64,000 bases of DNA from Deltaproteobacteria bacterium (lineage in GTDB: Bacteria; Desulfobacterota; Binatia; UBA9968), in NCBI GenBank assembly GCA_005879605.1, contig VBKE01000001.1, positions 53,067 to 117,066 of the forward strand, read 5' to 3'. Shown piece after piece: positions 20,356-30,137 of the stretch (its first letter is position 1; every line of letters starts with the position of its first letter). The position numbers and the translations under genes are program-made. The notes under the pieces were generated by a model. The model was not told the DNA's origin. It saw only the letters and a program-made list of their open reading frames with translations, and searched no databases.

Positions 20356-22434
20356 ATGTATCGAGTGGGCATTGATATCGGCGGTACGTTTACCGACCTG
20401 TTGCTGGTCGGTGAACACGGCACGGCCATCATCGGCAAGACTCTGACGACGCCGGGCGACCCCAGTGTCGCTGTTGAAAATGCGCTCCGACCCGCGCTGG
20501 AGAACGGCACGATAAAAACAGGGGAGCGCGGCACCTTGATTCACGGGACAACGCTGGTTACGAACGCACTGATCGAGCGCAAAGGGGCGCCGACGGCGTT
20601 GCTTACCACGGCCGGATTTCGCGACGCCGTCGAGATCGGCCGGGAGCATCGCTACGAGCTTTACGATCTCAATTTAGAACTCCCAAAGCCGTTGGTGCCG
20701 CGCCACCTTCGGTTCGACGTTCCGGAACGGATGGCCGCGGATGGCACGGTGCTGCAGCCGCTGGATGAAGCTTTCGTCCGCCGCTTGGTCTCCGAGTTGC
20801 GCGACAAAGGTATCCAAGCCATCGGCGTCTGTTACCTCAACAGTTTTCGTAATCCGGTACACGAGTGGAGCACCGCGGAAATCATCGCTGAAGTGGCCCC
20901 GAAGATCCGGGTCTCGATTAGTTCGGAAGTGGTTGCTGAGATTCGGGAGTTTCCACGCACCAGCACGACCCTTGTTAACGTCTATGTTCAAGAACGTGTA
21001 TCGGACTACCTCGCGCGCTTACAGCAGCGGCTGGACGACATCGGATTCGTCGGGAATTTTTTCGTGATGCTTTCAAGCGGTGGCATCGCGACGCGTGAGA
21101 CTTCAGCGCGATTTCCGGTTCGTCTTCTCGAATCCGGTCCGGCCGCGGGCGCCCTTGCCGCAGCGCAAGCCGGCATCCTCTCCGGCCATCGCGATCTGCT
21201 ATCGTTCGACATGGGCGGAACGACGGCCAAACTCTGTGTCATCGAAGACGGCCAGCCTTTGAAGACCCACGAGTTAGAGGTTGATCGGGTCTATCGATTT
21301 AGAAAAGGGAGCGGATTGCCGGTCCGTATTCCCGTTATCGACATGATCGAGATCGGCGCCGGCGGCGGCAGCATCGCGCGAGTCGATTCTCTCGGTCTAC
21401 TCAAAGTTGGACCGGATAGTTCCGGCGCAGACCCTGGGCCGGCTTGCTATAGACAGGGCGGCATGGAACCCACGGTGACCGACGCTGATCTGATCCTCGG
21501 CTATCTCGATCCGAACTATTTTCTCGGCGGAAAGATGCAGCTCGATCTGGAAGGCGCGCGCCAAGCGCTGGCGCGGCTCGCCGAACGACTCGACATGACG
21601 ATCGAGCTGGTAGCTTGGGGAATTCACCAGATCGTCAACGAGAACATGGCCAATGCGGCGCGCGCTCATCTCGGCGAGCGCGGCAAAGATCCGCGGCGCA
21701 TGCCGATGTACGCCTTCGGCGGCGCAGGACCGGTGCATGGTTATCGCGTGGCGGAGATTTTACGTTTGCCCGCATTGATCTCGCCCTTCGGCGCCGGCGT
21801 CGGTTCGACCTTCGGACTCTTGGCCGCGCCGCTGGCTTTCGATTTCGTCCGCAGCGGCTACAGCCGCTTGGATGAGCTGGATTGGAATTTTGCCAACGGG
21901 CTCCTCGATGAAATGGCGGATGAGGGGCGCAAGGTGCTGGAGAACGCGGGACTCTCTTCGGCCGAAATCACTTATCAGCGCACGGCTGACATGCGTTACG
22001 TTGGGCAGGGTCACGAGGTTTCAGTGCCGTTGCCCGAGGGAATTCTTAGCGAACAGCAGATGTCGCAAATCACCGGCGCGTTCGAGGATGTGTATCGTGG
22101 ACTATACGGCCGCAAAGGCCCGGATGTGCCCTTGGAGGTGATCAACTGGCGTGTTGTTGCAAGCGGCCCGCGACCGGAGCTGAAGTTGAAGTTGGCTCAT
22201 GCTGCTTCCGGCCGTAGGGATGCGCGCAAGGGCTCCCGCCGGGCCTACTTCCCGGAAATGGGGCAGTATATCGACATACCTGTCTATGACCGCTATGTTT
22301 TAAAGCCGGAGCTGCAGTTCGACGGCCCCGCAATCGTTGAAGAGCGCGAGTCGACTCTGGTCATCGGCGCGCGTGGACGAGCGCGAGTGGATGAAAGATT
22401 CAATATTATCGTAGAGTTTACCAATGAAAAGTGA
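20356..22434 (+). CDS. Hydantoinase/oxoprolinase subunit A
   Basis: GIDIGGTFTD, HGTTLVTNALIERKG, ESGPAAG, DMGGTTAK, IGAGGGSIA, GADPGPACY, PTVTDAD; true start ATG 20356. Confidence 0.93.
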   Translation: MYRVGIDIGGTFTDLLLVGEHGTAIIGKTLTTPGDPSVAVENALRPALENGTIKTGERGTLIHGTTLVTNALIERKGAPTALLTTAGFRDAVEIGREHRYELYDLNLELPKPLVPRHLRFDVPERMAADGTVLQPLDEAFVRRLVSELRDKGIQAIGVCYLNSFRNPVHEWSTAEIIAEVAPKIRVSISSEVVAEIREFPRTSTTLVNVYVQERVSDYLARLQQRLDDIGFVGNFFVMLSSGGIATRETSARFPVRLLESGPAAGALAAAQAGILSGHRDLLSFDMGGTTAKLCVIEDGQPLKTHELEVDRVYRFRKGSGLPVRIPVIDMIEIGAGGGSIARVDSLGLLKVGPDSSGADPGPACYRQGGMEPTVTDADLILGYLDPNYFLGGKMQLDLEGARQALARLAERLDMTIELVAWGIHQIVNENMANAARAHLGERGKDPRRMPMYAFGGAGPVHGYRVAEILRLPALISPFGAGVGSTFGLLAAPLAFDFVRSGYSRLDELDWNFANGLLDEMADEGRKVLENAGLSSAEITYQRTADMRYVGQGHEVSVPLPEGILSEQQMSQITGAFEDVYRGLYGRKGPDVPLEVINWRVVASGPRPELKLKLAHAASGRRDARKGSRRAYFPEMGQYIDIPVYDRYVLKPELQFDGPAIVEERESTLVIGARGRARVDERFNIIVEFTNEK

Positions 22435-24151
22435 AGTCGTCGATCCAGTTACTTTAGAAGTCATCTGGAACCGGCTGCTCTCTGTCGCCAACGAGCAGCA
22501 GGACGCTCTGATTCGCACGGCCTTCAGCACCATCGTGCGCGAAAGCCAGGATCTCGCCTGCGGCATGTTCGACACGCGGGGACGAATGATCGCGCAGTCC
22601 ATCAGCGGTACGCCCGGCCATATCAACGCGATGGCCATGTCGATGAAACATTTTCTCGCCGCCTTTCCGCCGGACAGGCTGGCGCCGGGCGACGTCTTGA
22701 TCACCAACGATCCCTGGCAGACCGCCGGGCAGATCAATGACATTACGATCACGACGCCGATTTTCAAAAACGGGGGGCTCGTCGCGCTCTTCGCCAATAC
22801 CTGCCACAGCGCGGATATCGGCGGGCGGATTCTCTCCGCCGAGGCGCGCGAGGTCTTCGAGGAAGGGCTGCGCATTCCGATCATGAAATTGTTCGAGCGC
22901 GGCGAGCCGAATAAGGTTCTCATGCAGATCGTGCGCGCCAACGTGCGGCAGCCCGATGAAGTCATCGGCGATTTTTACGCGCAAACGGCGTGCAACGACG
23001 CCGGCGGCCGCGCGCTGCTGGAAATGATGGAAGAATTCGGCCTGGACAGTATCGATGCCGTCGCCGAAGAAATTATCCGCCGCTCGGAGAACGCCGTGCG
23101 CGGCGAAATCAGCAAGTTGCCGGGCGGCGAGTGGGCAAGTGAAACCTGGAGCGATGGCTTTGAAGAGCCGATTCTGATCCGGTGCACGGTGCGGATCACG
23201 GGCGACGAGATATTTATTGACTTCACCGGTTCGTCGCCGCAGAGCACGCGCGGCATCAACGTGGTGTTGAATTACACGCACGCCTACGCCAGCTTCGCGA
23301 TCAAAGCCGCTATTTGCCCGGATGTGCCGCACAACGAAGGCAGTTTCCGGCCGGTACACGTGAGCGCGCCGGCGGGGAGCATCATGAATGCGCTCGATCC
23401 CGCACCCGTGGCGAGCCGGCAGGTGATCGGCCACTTTATTCCCAGCGCCATCTACGCCGCGCTGTCGGGCACGCTGCCCGGACGGCTGATGGCGCCGGGC
23501 GCGGATCCCATCTGGCTCAGTGTCTGGCGCGGGCAGAACCCATCGTTCACTCTGACCGTGTTTCAGGTCGGCGGTACCGGCGCCCGCCCGGCAAAAGACG
23601 GTCTCAGTGCCGTGGGATTTCCGAGCGGTGTGGCGGGGGTGCCGGCGGAAGTCATCGAAAGTCTTTCACCGGTCGTTTTGAAACAGCGGCAACTCCGTCC
23701 CGACTCAGGTGGAGCCGGCACTTGGCGCGGCGGCTTGGGCCAGCTTACCGAATTCACGCGACGAGGCGAAGGCAAATGGAGCGTAAGCTCCATCGCGGAC
23801 CGGACCGCCTATCCTGCGCCGGGACTCTTGGGAGGTCAGGCCGGCGCGGCTGGCGAGTTGATTTTGAGCAATGGTGAGCGGCCTCATCCCAAAGCATTGC
23901 TGGACTTGAACGTGGGCGATAGTGTCCACGTCAATCTGCCTGGCGGCGGAGGATACGGTGATCCCTTCGAACGCGATCCGGCGAAAGTTCTCTGGGATGT
24001 CATCGAGGGTTATGTGTCTCCCGAAGCCGCGGAAAAAAACTACGGTATCGCAGTAAGATACATGGGTAATCCTGAGGACTTAGTTAAGCTTCCGGGCCAG
24101 TGGATAATTGATCAAGCGAGGACGGCTGAGTTAAGAGGGAAAGGTCGTTAA
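22424..24151 (+). CDS. Hydantoinase B/oxoprolinase family protein
   Basis: DPVTLEVIWNRL, RTAFSTIVRESQD, PGDVLITNDPW, HSADIGG, EEGLRIP, PDSGGAGTWRGGLG, PGGGGYGDP; overlaps the subunit A stop. Confidence 0.93.
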   Translation: MKSEVVDPVTLEVIWNRLLSVANEQQDALIRTAFSTIVRESQDLACGMFDTRGRMIAQSISGTPGHINAMAMSMKHFLAAFPPDRLAPGDVLITNDPWQTAGQINDITITTPIFKNGGLVALFANTCHSADIGGRILSAEAREVFEEGLRIPIMKLFERGEPNKVLMQIVRANVRQPDEVIGDFYAQTACNDAGGRALLEMMEEFGLDSIDAVAEEIIRRSENAVRGEISKLPGGEWASETWSDGFEEPILIRCTVRITGDEIFIDFTGSSPQSTRGINVVLNYTHAYASFAIKAAICPDVPHNEGSFRPVHVSAPAGSIMNALDPAPVASRQVIGHFIPSAIYAALSGTLPGRLMAPGADPIWLSVWRGQNPSFTLTVFQVGGTGARPAKDGLSAVGFPSGVAGVPAEVIESLSPVVLKQRQLRPDSGGAGTWRGGLGQLTEFTRRGEGKWSVSSIADRTAYPAPGLLGGQAGAAGELILSNGERPHPKALLDLNVGDSVHVNLPGGGGYGDPFERDPAKVLWDVIEGYVSPEAAEKNYGIAVRYMGNPEDLVKLPGQWIIDQARTAELRGKGR

Positions 24152-24215
24152 GCAAAATTTCAAGTTACAAATCTCAATTTGCAATGGGATTTGAGATCGT
24201 GAGCGAAGCGAATCT

Positions 24216-24983
24216 ATGGAACTTGGTGGAAGGGTAGCACTGGTGACCGGGGGCGCCGGAGGAATCGGCGGCGCCGTGGTTTCTAATCTAGCCCGAGCCG
24301 GAATCGGCGGCATCGCAATCAATTACCGCAAGTCCGGTAAAGCGGCCGAGGAACTCGCAGCCGACATCGAGCGCGCGGGCGTCAAAGCTGCCGCGCTCCA
24401 GGCGGACGTCCGAAGCGACAACGAGATCCGTCGGATGATGGCAAAGGTGCGAGCTCAATTCGGTCGGTTGGACATACTGGTCAACAACGCCGGAATAACG
24501 CACTGGGTAAAGCTGTCGGATCTTGAGGGGTTGACCGACAAAATCTGGGACGAAATCCTCGATGTTAACCTTAAAGGAGCGTTCCGCTGCGCCCGCGCAG
24601 CGGCTCCGCTGTTGGCCGAGCATCACGGAATGGTTGTCAATGTAGCCTCGATCTCAGGCATATTGGCACCCACCACCATATCCTCCCTGGCCTATGGAAC
24701 CGCGAAGGCGGCTTTGATCTACATGACCAAGGGACTCGCCGTTGCGTTAGCGCCGGACATCCGAATCAATTGCGTGGCGCCGGCATTCACCGATACGCCG
24801 TGGATGAATGAACATTTTGGCGCGCAGTATCAACAGGTAATGGCAAACGCAGCCGCGGGTTACCCGCTGCAGCGCATCGCCAGTCCCGAAGACATTGCGA
24901 TTGCGATCACGGGTCTTATCACCGGCGGCGATTTCGTGACGGGGCAAACCTTGATTGTCGACGGCGGGCTCAGCTTGAGTTAG
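24216..24983 (+). CDS. SDR family oxidoreductase
   Basis: TGGAGGIG, LVNNAG, YGTAK catalytic YxxxK, TGQTLIVDGG. Confidence 0.92.
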   Translation: MELGGRVALVTGGAGGIGGAVVSNLARAGIGGIAINYRKSGKAAEELAADIERAGVKAAALQADVRSDNEIRRMMAKVRAQFGRLDILVNNAGITHWVKLSDLEGLTDKIWDEILDVNLKGAFRCARAAAPLLAEHHGMVVNVASISGILAPTTISSLAYGTAKAALIYMTKGLAVALAPDIRINCVAPAFTDTPWMNEHFGAQYQQVMANAAAGYPLQRIASPEDIAIAITGLITGGDFVTGQTLIVDGGLSLS

Positions 24984-25031
24984 TCTTCGATGCGGTAATT
25001 GGTTGAATAAGCAGAACGGAGCGATATTTTT

Positions 25032-25376
25032 ATGAACATCGAAAGAATCAATCCCAGGGAATGGAATTGTAGCGCTGTTGTGCACGGCAACGTGGTTTAT
25101 CTCTCGGGTGTCGTGGCCGACGACAAATCGCTGTCGATGAAAGGACAAACCGAACAGGTGCTGCGCAAGATCGATGCTGTGCTTGCAAAAGTCGGCACGG
25201 ATAAGTCGCGCATCGTGAGCGCGACGGTCTACATGGCCGACGCACGCCTAAAAGATGAAATGAACGAAGCCTGGATGGCCTGGGTGGATCGAGCCAATTT
25301 GCCGGCGCGCGCGGCGGTGGGCGCGGTCCTGACTCCCGGAACGTTGGTTGAGATTATGGTCTGTGCCGCGAAATAA
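25032..25376 (+). CDS. RidA family protein (YoaB-like)
   Basis: VYLSGVV, QTEQVL, GTDKSRI, MNEAW, PARAAV, LVEIMVCA. Confidence 0.9.
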   Translation: MNIERINPREWNCSAVVHGNVVYLSGVVADDKSLSMKGQTEQVLRKIDAVLAKVGTDKSRIVSATVYMADARLKDEMNEAWMAWVDRANLPARAAVGAVLTPGTLVEIMVCAAK

Positions 25377-25546
25377 CCAGCAGGCTATTGCAAAAGTCTC
25401 ATCTATTGTAGAGACGACCGGCCGACTCACAAAGACCCATTAGCCGGCGCCATGAGAGTTTGCTGGGATTCAGTCATATTCGGCAGAAAAATTACCTCAC
25501 CATCGAGACCACTGTCCAAAACAGTTAAATCGAGATATCCAACAGT

Positions 25547-26389
25547 TTAAAGCACGGAAACGATCAGTCGAACGCCGACAAAGGCGAGCGCGACGGCGAG
25601 TCCGCGAATGATCATTTTTCCACCGATGCGGTTCGACATCCACGCTCCGCCCTGGGCTCCGATTAAGACACCGATGGCCAGCATGGTAGTGCGCCTAATG
25701 CCACGGACAAAAACCCCCTGTGCCACATGTACCAGAGTTCCCGTCAGAGACATGATGGCGAGAACAAAGTGGGAGGTCGCCGTCGCGATATGGACCGGGA
25801 AATCTAATAAGCGAGTCAGGATGGGTACGTGAATGAAACCGCCGCCGACACCGAGCAGGCTCGAGATGAAGCCCACCACCAGGCTCAGCAAAACACCGGT
25901 CACGGGATTGTATGCATAGTGATAGCGAACTCCCTCGGCGTCAGTGAGATCACGCAGCATCCGGCGTCGCCTTGGATCAGAATCGCTGTCGCCCTTCCGG
26001 TATGATCGCACGGCCGATTCTTCCCCGCCTGAAGTCCAAAGATAAATCGCGGCTACAATCATCAAAACGCCAAATAATAAATCAAAAACACCGCGAGGAA
26101 CGTAGGCGGTGGAAAGAGCTCCCAAAATGGCGCCGGGAATCGTCGCGATGGAAAAAAGAATGCCCGACTTGTAGTCGACTCGCTTCATGCGGGCGTAGGC
26201 TAGCGAGCCGGACAAGGCGTTGAAGAAGACGACGGCCAGGGAAATGCCGGTGATCAGTTGCGTTTTTTCATTCGGGTAGACCAGCAGGAGTATCGGCACG
26301 AGAACAAATCCGCCGCCCGCGCCGATGAGCGTTCCAAAAGCACCGATGAGTAAACCCAGGGGCAGTAACCACAAATATTCGGCAGGCAT
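25547..26389 (-). CDS. TauE/SafE sulfite exporter family membrane protein
   Basis: GTLIGAGGGFVLVP and SSLLGVGGGFIHVP duplicated motif, ATATSHF; ATG 26389. Confidence 0.9.
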   Translation of the reverse strand: MPAEYLWLLPLGLLIGAFGTLIGAGGGFVLVPILLLVYPNEKTQLITGISLAVVFFNALSGSLAYARMKRVDYKSGILFSIATIPGAILGALSTAYVPRGVFDLLFGVLMIVAAIYLWTSGGEESAVRSYRKGDSDSDPRRRRMLRDLTDAEGVRYHYAYNPVTGVLLSLVVGFISSLLGVGGGFIHVPILTRLLDFPVHIATATSHFVLAIMSLTGTLVHVAQGVFVRGIRRTTMLAIGVLIGAQGGAWMSNRIGGKMIIRGLAVALAFVGVRLIVSVL

Positions 26390-26451
26390 GACTAGGATGC
26401 GTTGATTTCTAATTTGAACAGGCTGTTGAAAAAACCCATCTACGCGTTTGC

Positions 26452-26517
26452 AGTTTCGAGTTCTGAGTTTTGCGTTTCGAGTCAAACCCGAGACGCGAGA
26501 CCCGAAACCCGAGACTC
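26452..26517. repeat. Heptamer-built inverted repeat
   Basis: (AGTTTCG)(AGTTCTG)(AGTTTTG)(CGTTTCG) facing (ACCCGAG)(ACGCGAG)(ACCCGAA)(ACCCGAG); related copies at 20326-20351 and 60112-60197. Confidence 0.7.
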
Positions 26518-26588
26518 TTCTTGGAGAGAACGCGCCGGATGTTCACGATCGAAGAGGAAAAATCCGGCCGCCGCGTAAGGATGGCGCG

Positions 26589-27680
26589 TTAAACCGTCGG
26601 TAAGCCGTAAAAGCGCTCCGCGTTCCGATACCGTACGGCGTCCTTGTCTGCTTTAGTGAGCCGGGTATTTTCCTCGAGCTCTTCGAGCTCCCCCTTGCAG
26701 GTATCGTTGTTGACCTCGTGGGGGAAGTCCGAGGAGAAGATGAAAGGCTTGTTGCCGACGACGCTCACGGCGAAAGGAAGGGTCAATTCGTCGCCTTCGA
26801 CGCCGACAAAGATTCGCCCTTCGTCCACGTGGCGTTTGATATAGGCCGTGATCGATTCCTTTTCGCGCAGTTTCAGGAAACGGCCGCGCGGATCGTGCTG
26901 CACGTGGCTGTTCCACGAGCGTTCGAAGCGCTCGATGCAGTTTACGAACCAGCCGGATCCGGCTTCCATGAAACCAAAGCGCACGTTGGAATATTTGTCG
27001 AAGACGCCGTTAAAGAGAATGCCCGCAAAGTTCACCATCTGGCCAAACGGATGACCGAGGGCGTTCACCGGCGCGTACGGACTCATGTCGTCCAGTCCCA
27101 TATGGTCATGAACGCCGCCGTGAATGCCGATGGCGCATCCCAGACGATTCGCTTGGTCGTAGATCGGCCAGTAACGCTCATCTCCCAGTTGATTCTGCTG
27201 TTGCATCGCTCCCGTACTCGGCAGCATCGCGCCGCAAAAGCCAAGATCTTTGACGATACGGCGCAGCTCCTTCACCGCTTCCGCGGGCTCTTGCAAGGGA
27301 ATCAAACCCAGCGCCTGAAAGCGAGCACTCTTGCTGATGTACTCGTCGTACATCCAATCATTATACGCGCGCGCCAACTCGATGGCCCAGTCGCGGCTGA
27401 CGATACGGCCAAACGACAAACCAGTCGTCGGGTAGAGAACCGCGCTGGCAAGGCCGACATCTTCCATAAAGTTCAGCCAGCCTTCACGGCCAACTTTGGC
27501 AAAGGCGCCGGGCGGGAGAAAGTGAGCATTGGCGGCGTGAAGATGGTCATTGGATGGATAAGGGCCTCGGGCCGCTCCGAAGCGGCCGCGGTATTCTTCG
27601 GGCATTCGGGCCGCGATCGCCGCGTGATCTTCTACAACATGTCCGTCGCCGTCGATGATCTTAGGCTTTTGCGTGATCAC
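26589..27680 (-). CDS. Amidohydrolase family protein (Amidohydro_2), paralog B
   Basis: IIDGDGHVVE, VLYPT, RAYNDW, IHGG, FMEAGSGW, SSDFPHE; GTG start overlaps the paralog A stop. Confidence 0.9.
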   Translation of the reverse strand: MITQKPKIIDGDGHVVEDHAAIAARMPEEYRGRFGAARGPYPSNDHLHAANAHFLPPGAFAKVGREGWLNFMEDVGLASAVLYPTTGLSFGRIVSRDWAIELARAYNDWMYDEYISKSARFQALGLIPLQEPAEAVKELRRIVKDLGFCGAMLPSTGAMQQQNQLGDERYWPIYDQANRLGCAIGIHGGVHDHMGLDDMSPYAPVNALGHPFGQMVNFAGILFNGVFDKYSNVRFGFMEAGSGWFVNCIERFERSWNSHVQHDPRGRFLKLREKESITAYIKRHVDEGRIFVGVEGDELTLPFAVSVVGNKPFIFSSDFPHEVNNDTCKGELEELEENTRLTKADKDAVRYRNAERFYGLPTV

Positions 27681-28804
27681 GTATCATCCCCTTTTTCTTC
27701 GAAGTGACCCCAGAGGGTCAGTTGATAAAAACGTTGCGAGTTGCGGAACAGGATCGCTTCTTTGTCGTCAGTGCTCAGCTCGCTGTTTTCGCGCAGCTCT
27801 TCCAACTCGTGTTTGCAGGTTTCCGCGTCGACTTCGTGCGGATAGTCGGTGGAAAAGACAAAAGGCTTGTTGCCGGCGATCCGCACCGCCTCGGAAATAG
27901 TTAACTCCTCCCCTTCGCAGCCGACGAAAATGCGACCTTCGTCGATATGGCGGAGAATGTAATCGATGATCTTTTCGCCCTTGCGCAGTTGCAGGAATCG
28001 GCCGCGCGGATCGTATTGGACGTGGCTTTCCCACGACCCCGTGAAGCGCTCCATGCAGGTGAGGAGCCACGCCGAGCCGGCTTCCATGAAGCCGAGGCGC
28101 AGACCGGGGAACTTGTCGAAGATCCCGTTGAATACAATGCCGGCGAAGCAAATCATCTGACCCATCGGATGGCCGAGTGCGTTGACCGGCGCGTAGGGAG
28201 TCAGGTCATCCATCAACAAGTTCTCATGGGCGCCGCCGTGAATCGCGATAGCGCAACCTAACCGTTCGGCTTCGCCGTAAATGGGCCAATACTTCTCGGA
28301 CCCGAGATGTGGCATGTTCGCGCCCATGGAAGGTAGCATCGCGCCACAGAAGCCGAGATCGCGGACAATGCGCCTAAGCTCGATCACGGCTTCCGCGGGT
28401 TCCTGCAGCGGGATCAAGCCCATCGCTTTGAACCGGCTGCTCTTCGATAAATAGGTGTCGTATATCCAATTGTTGTAAGCGCGCGCCAGCTCGATGGCCC
28501 AGTCGCGGCTGACGATCTTGCCGAAGGCCAGACCGGCGCTCGTGTAAAGCACCGTGGTGCCGATGCCGACTTCTTCGAGAAACACTTCCCAGCCTTCGCG
28601 GCCGACGTTGGCGAACGCGCCCTTCGGGGTGAAGTGGCGATTGGCCGTGTGGAGATGGTCGATGGGAGGAAACGGGCTCCTTCCCCGCGCGTCGGAAAAG
28701 CTTTTACCGACGTACTCCTCCGGCATGTACTTCCAGATCGTCGCTATGTCTTCCATCACATGACCGTCGCCGTCGATGATCTTGTGCTGCGTCGCTGTGC
28801 TCAT
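27677..28804 (-). CDS. Amidohydrolase family protein (Amidohydro_2), paralog A
   Basis: IIDGDGHVME, RAYNNW, IHGG, FMEAGSAW, STDYPHE. Confidence 0.9.
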   Translation of the reverse strand: MSTATQHKIIDGDGHVMEDIATIWKYMPEEYVGKSFSDARGRSPFPPIDHLHTANRHFTPKGAFANVGREGWEVFLEEVGIGTTVLYTSAGLAFGKIVSRDWAIELARAYNNWIYDTYLSKSSRFKAMGLIPLQEPAEAVIELRRIVRDLGFCGAMLPSMGANMPHLGSEKYWPIYGEAERLGCAIAIHGGAHENLLMDDLTPYAPVNALGHPMGQMICFAGIVFNGIFDKFPGLRLGFMEAGSAWLLTCMERFTGSWESHVQYDPRGRFLQLRKGEKIIDYILRHIDEGRIFVGCEGEELTISEAVRIAGNKPFVFSTDYPHEVDAETCKHELEELRENSELSTDDKEAILFRNSQRFYQLTLWGHFEEKGDDT

Positions 28805-28916
28805 GGTTTCTCCCTAGAAATTGGGCTCGGGATTACGTTTCGCTTTAATGGTTTCTTTATACTGAAATTGCCGAAACGTCCAGAAGGCCGGATATTGATA
28901 GCGGGTAGGTTTGCTC

Positions 28917-28983
28917 AAGATCCCTCTCTTCATTCGAGATGACAGACGGACTATTTGTCATTCCGAGCGCAGCGAGGAATCTT
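28917..28983. repeat. Intergenic palindromic repeat (GTCATTCCGAGCG..GCGAGGAATCT type)
   Basis: AAGATCCCTC...CGAGATGACA pairs with TGTCATTCCGAGCGCAGCGAGGAATCTT. Confidence 0.65.
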
Positions 28984-29055
28984 TCCCCCGTGCTGACTTC
29001 CTTTTGCATTCAAACCGATTTACTACCGGGGATCGCTTATCCATGCCGCTAGATC

Positions 29056-29098
29056 AAAAACGTCGAAACCTCTCGGCGCGATACTGAGAGGTTTCGAC
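29056..29098 (-). terminator. Rho-independent terminator of the aldolase gene
   Basis: GTCGAAACCTCTC / GAGAGGTTTCGAC 13-bp stem followed by GTTTTT on the minus strand. Confidence 0.7.
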
Positions 29099-29162
29099 TA
29101 ACCTTGAACTTTTGAACCCTTCGAAATGCTCAGGGCAGGCTCTGGAACCTTGACCGAGTACC

Positions 29163-30137
29163 CTACGCCGTCTTCCGTGCTGCTTCCTTCACCAGCGGGT
29201 ACTTCTCGCACAGCGATTTCCAATACGCGGCAATCTTCTTGCTATTGTCGATAACCTCCTGCGGAACGATCCGGAAGGGTGGTCGCAGCGGACCGGCATA
29301 GCAATAACCCGCCTCATTGGTTGAGAGCTTATAGACGTTCTCGCGCCAGGAAAGGTTATTGATGTTCGGGCCGACCTTACCCACGCCGTCCAAGTCGAGA
29401 CATATTTGTTTTGCCGTTTCCCAGTCCTGCGCTTGACATGCATTGCGAAGGCGAACGACCGGCGACGGTCCCATCCAGACGTTGAACGACCAGCAGCCCA
29501 CGGCGCCGAGCATGAAGTAGGGAAAGGCTTGGGTCTGATTGACAAAAACGCTCATTTTGCCCTTGGTGATATTCGACAGTTCAACGAATTGAAGGGGAGT
29601 GCGGTGACTGTCCTTCATGCCAACGATGTTGGGTTTCTGGGTTATCTTCTTGAATGCGCCGACTGGAATTGTGACGCGGTGGTGCGTGGGATTGTGGTAG
29701 ATCATGATGCCCAGCTTCGGAAAAGCGTCCGCAACGTCGTGATAGAACTGAACAGCGTTATCGACTGTCGCTTGGTAGTAGAAGGGGACACCGAGCAATA
29801 GACCTTCGGCGCCGGCCTGTTGAGCGAATCGCGCCTGCAGCATCGCTTCGCGTGGGTTCAAATTCGTGCAGCCGATAAATAGCGGCACGCGCTTTTTAAC
29901 GGCGGCGACCGTCGCTTCGATCAGCTTTTTATGCTCTTCCCAGAGCAGAGTATGAAATTCGCCGAAGCTTCCGGTGGTCGTGATTACGTCAGCGCCGCCG
30001 TCGCGGATGATTTGATCCACGGCGCGTGTCAGCTCGGCGGTATCCACCGTGTCCTCCGCGTCCGGCCGGTCGCCGTCCTTCGTGGTAAACGCCGGCATCA
30101 TCGCCATAACGCCTTTGAGGTCGTTGGCTGTGATCAT
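29163..30137 (-). CDS. DHDPS/NAL family protein, NahE-like hydratase-aldolase
   Basis: ITANDLKGVMAMMPA...TVDTAEL, GSFGEFHTL, LLGVPFY, AVQFYHDVADAFP, IYHNP and the Schiff-base Lys in GMKDS; resembles the NahE N-terminal architecture. Confidence 0.85.
   Translation of the reverse strand: MITANDLKGVMAMMPAFTTKDGDRPDAEDTVDTAELTRAVDQIIRDGGADVITTTGSFGEFHTLLWEEHKKLIEATVAAVKKRVPLFIGCTNLNPREAMLQARFAQQAGAEGLLLGVPFYYQATVDNAVQFYHDVADAFPKLGIMIYHNPTHHRVTIPVGAFKKITQKPNIVGMKDSHRTPLQFVELSNITKGKMSVFVNQTQAFPYFMLGAVGCWSFNVWMGPSPVVRLRNACQAQDWETAKQICLDLDGVGKVGPNINNLSWRENVYKLSTNEAGYCYAGPLRPPFRIVPQEVIDNSKKIAAYWKSLCEKYPLVKEAARKTA

Noticed and set aside
22454-23434. Long antisense ORFs (also 26718-27707, 19670-20263, 42594-43214 and similar)
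   Set aside because: Shadow ORFs opposite well-supported GC-rich genes
25381-26433. IS-end-like motifs AGGCTATTGCAAAAGTC (25382) and AGGCTGTTGAAAAAA (26420) flanking tauE
   Set aside because: Same orientation, no inverted partner and no transposase; at most isolated relics
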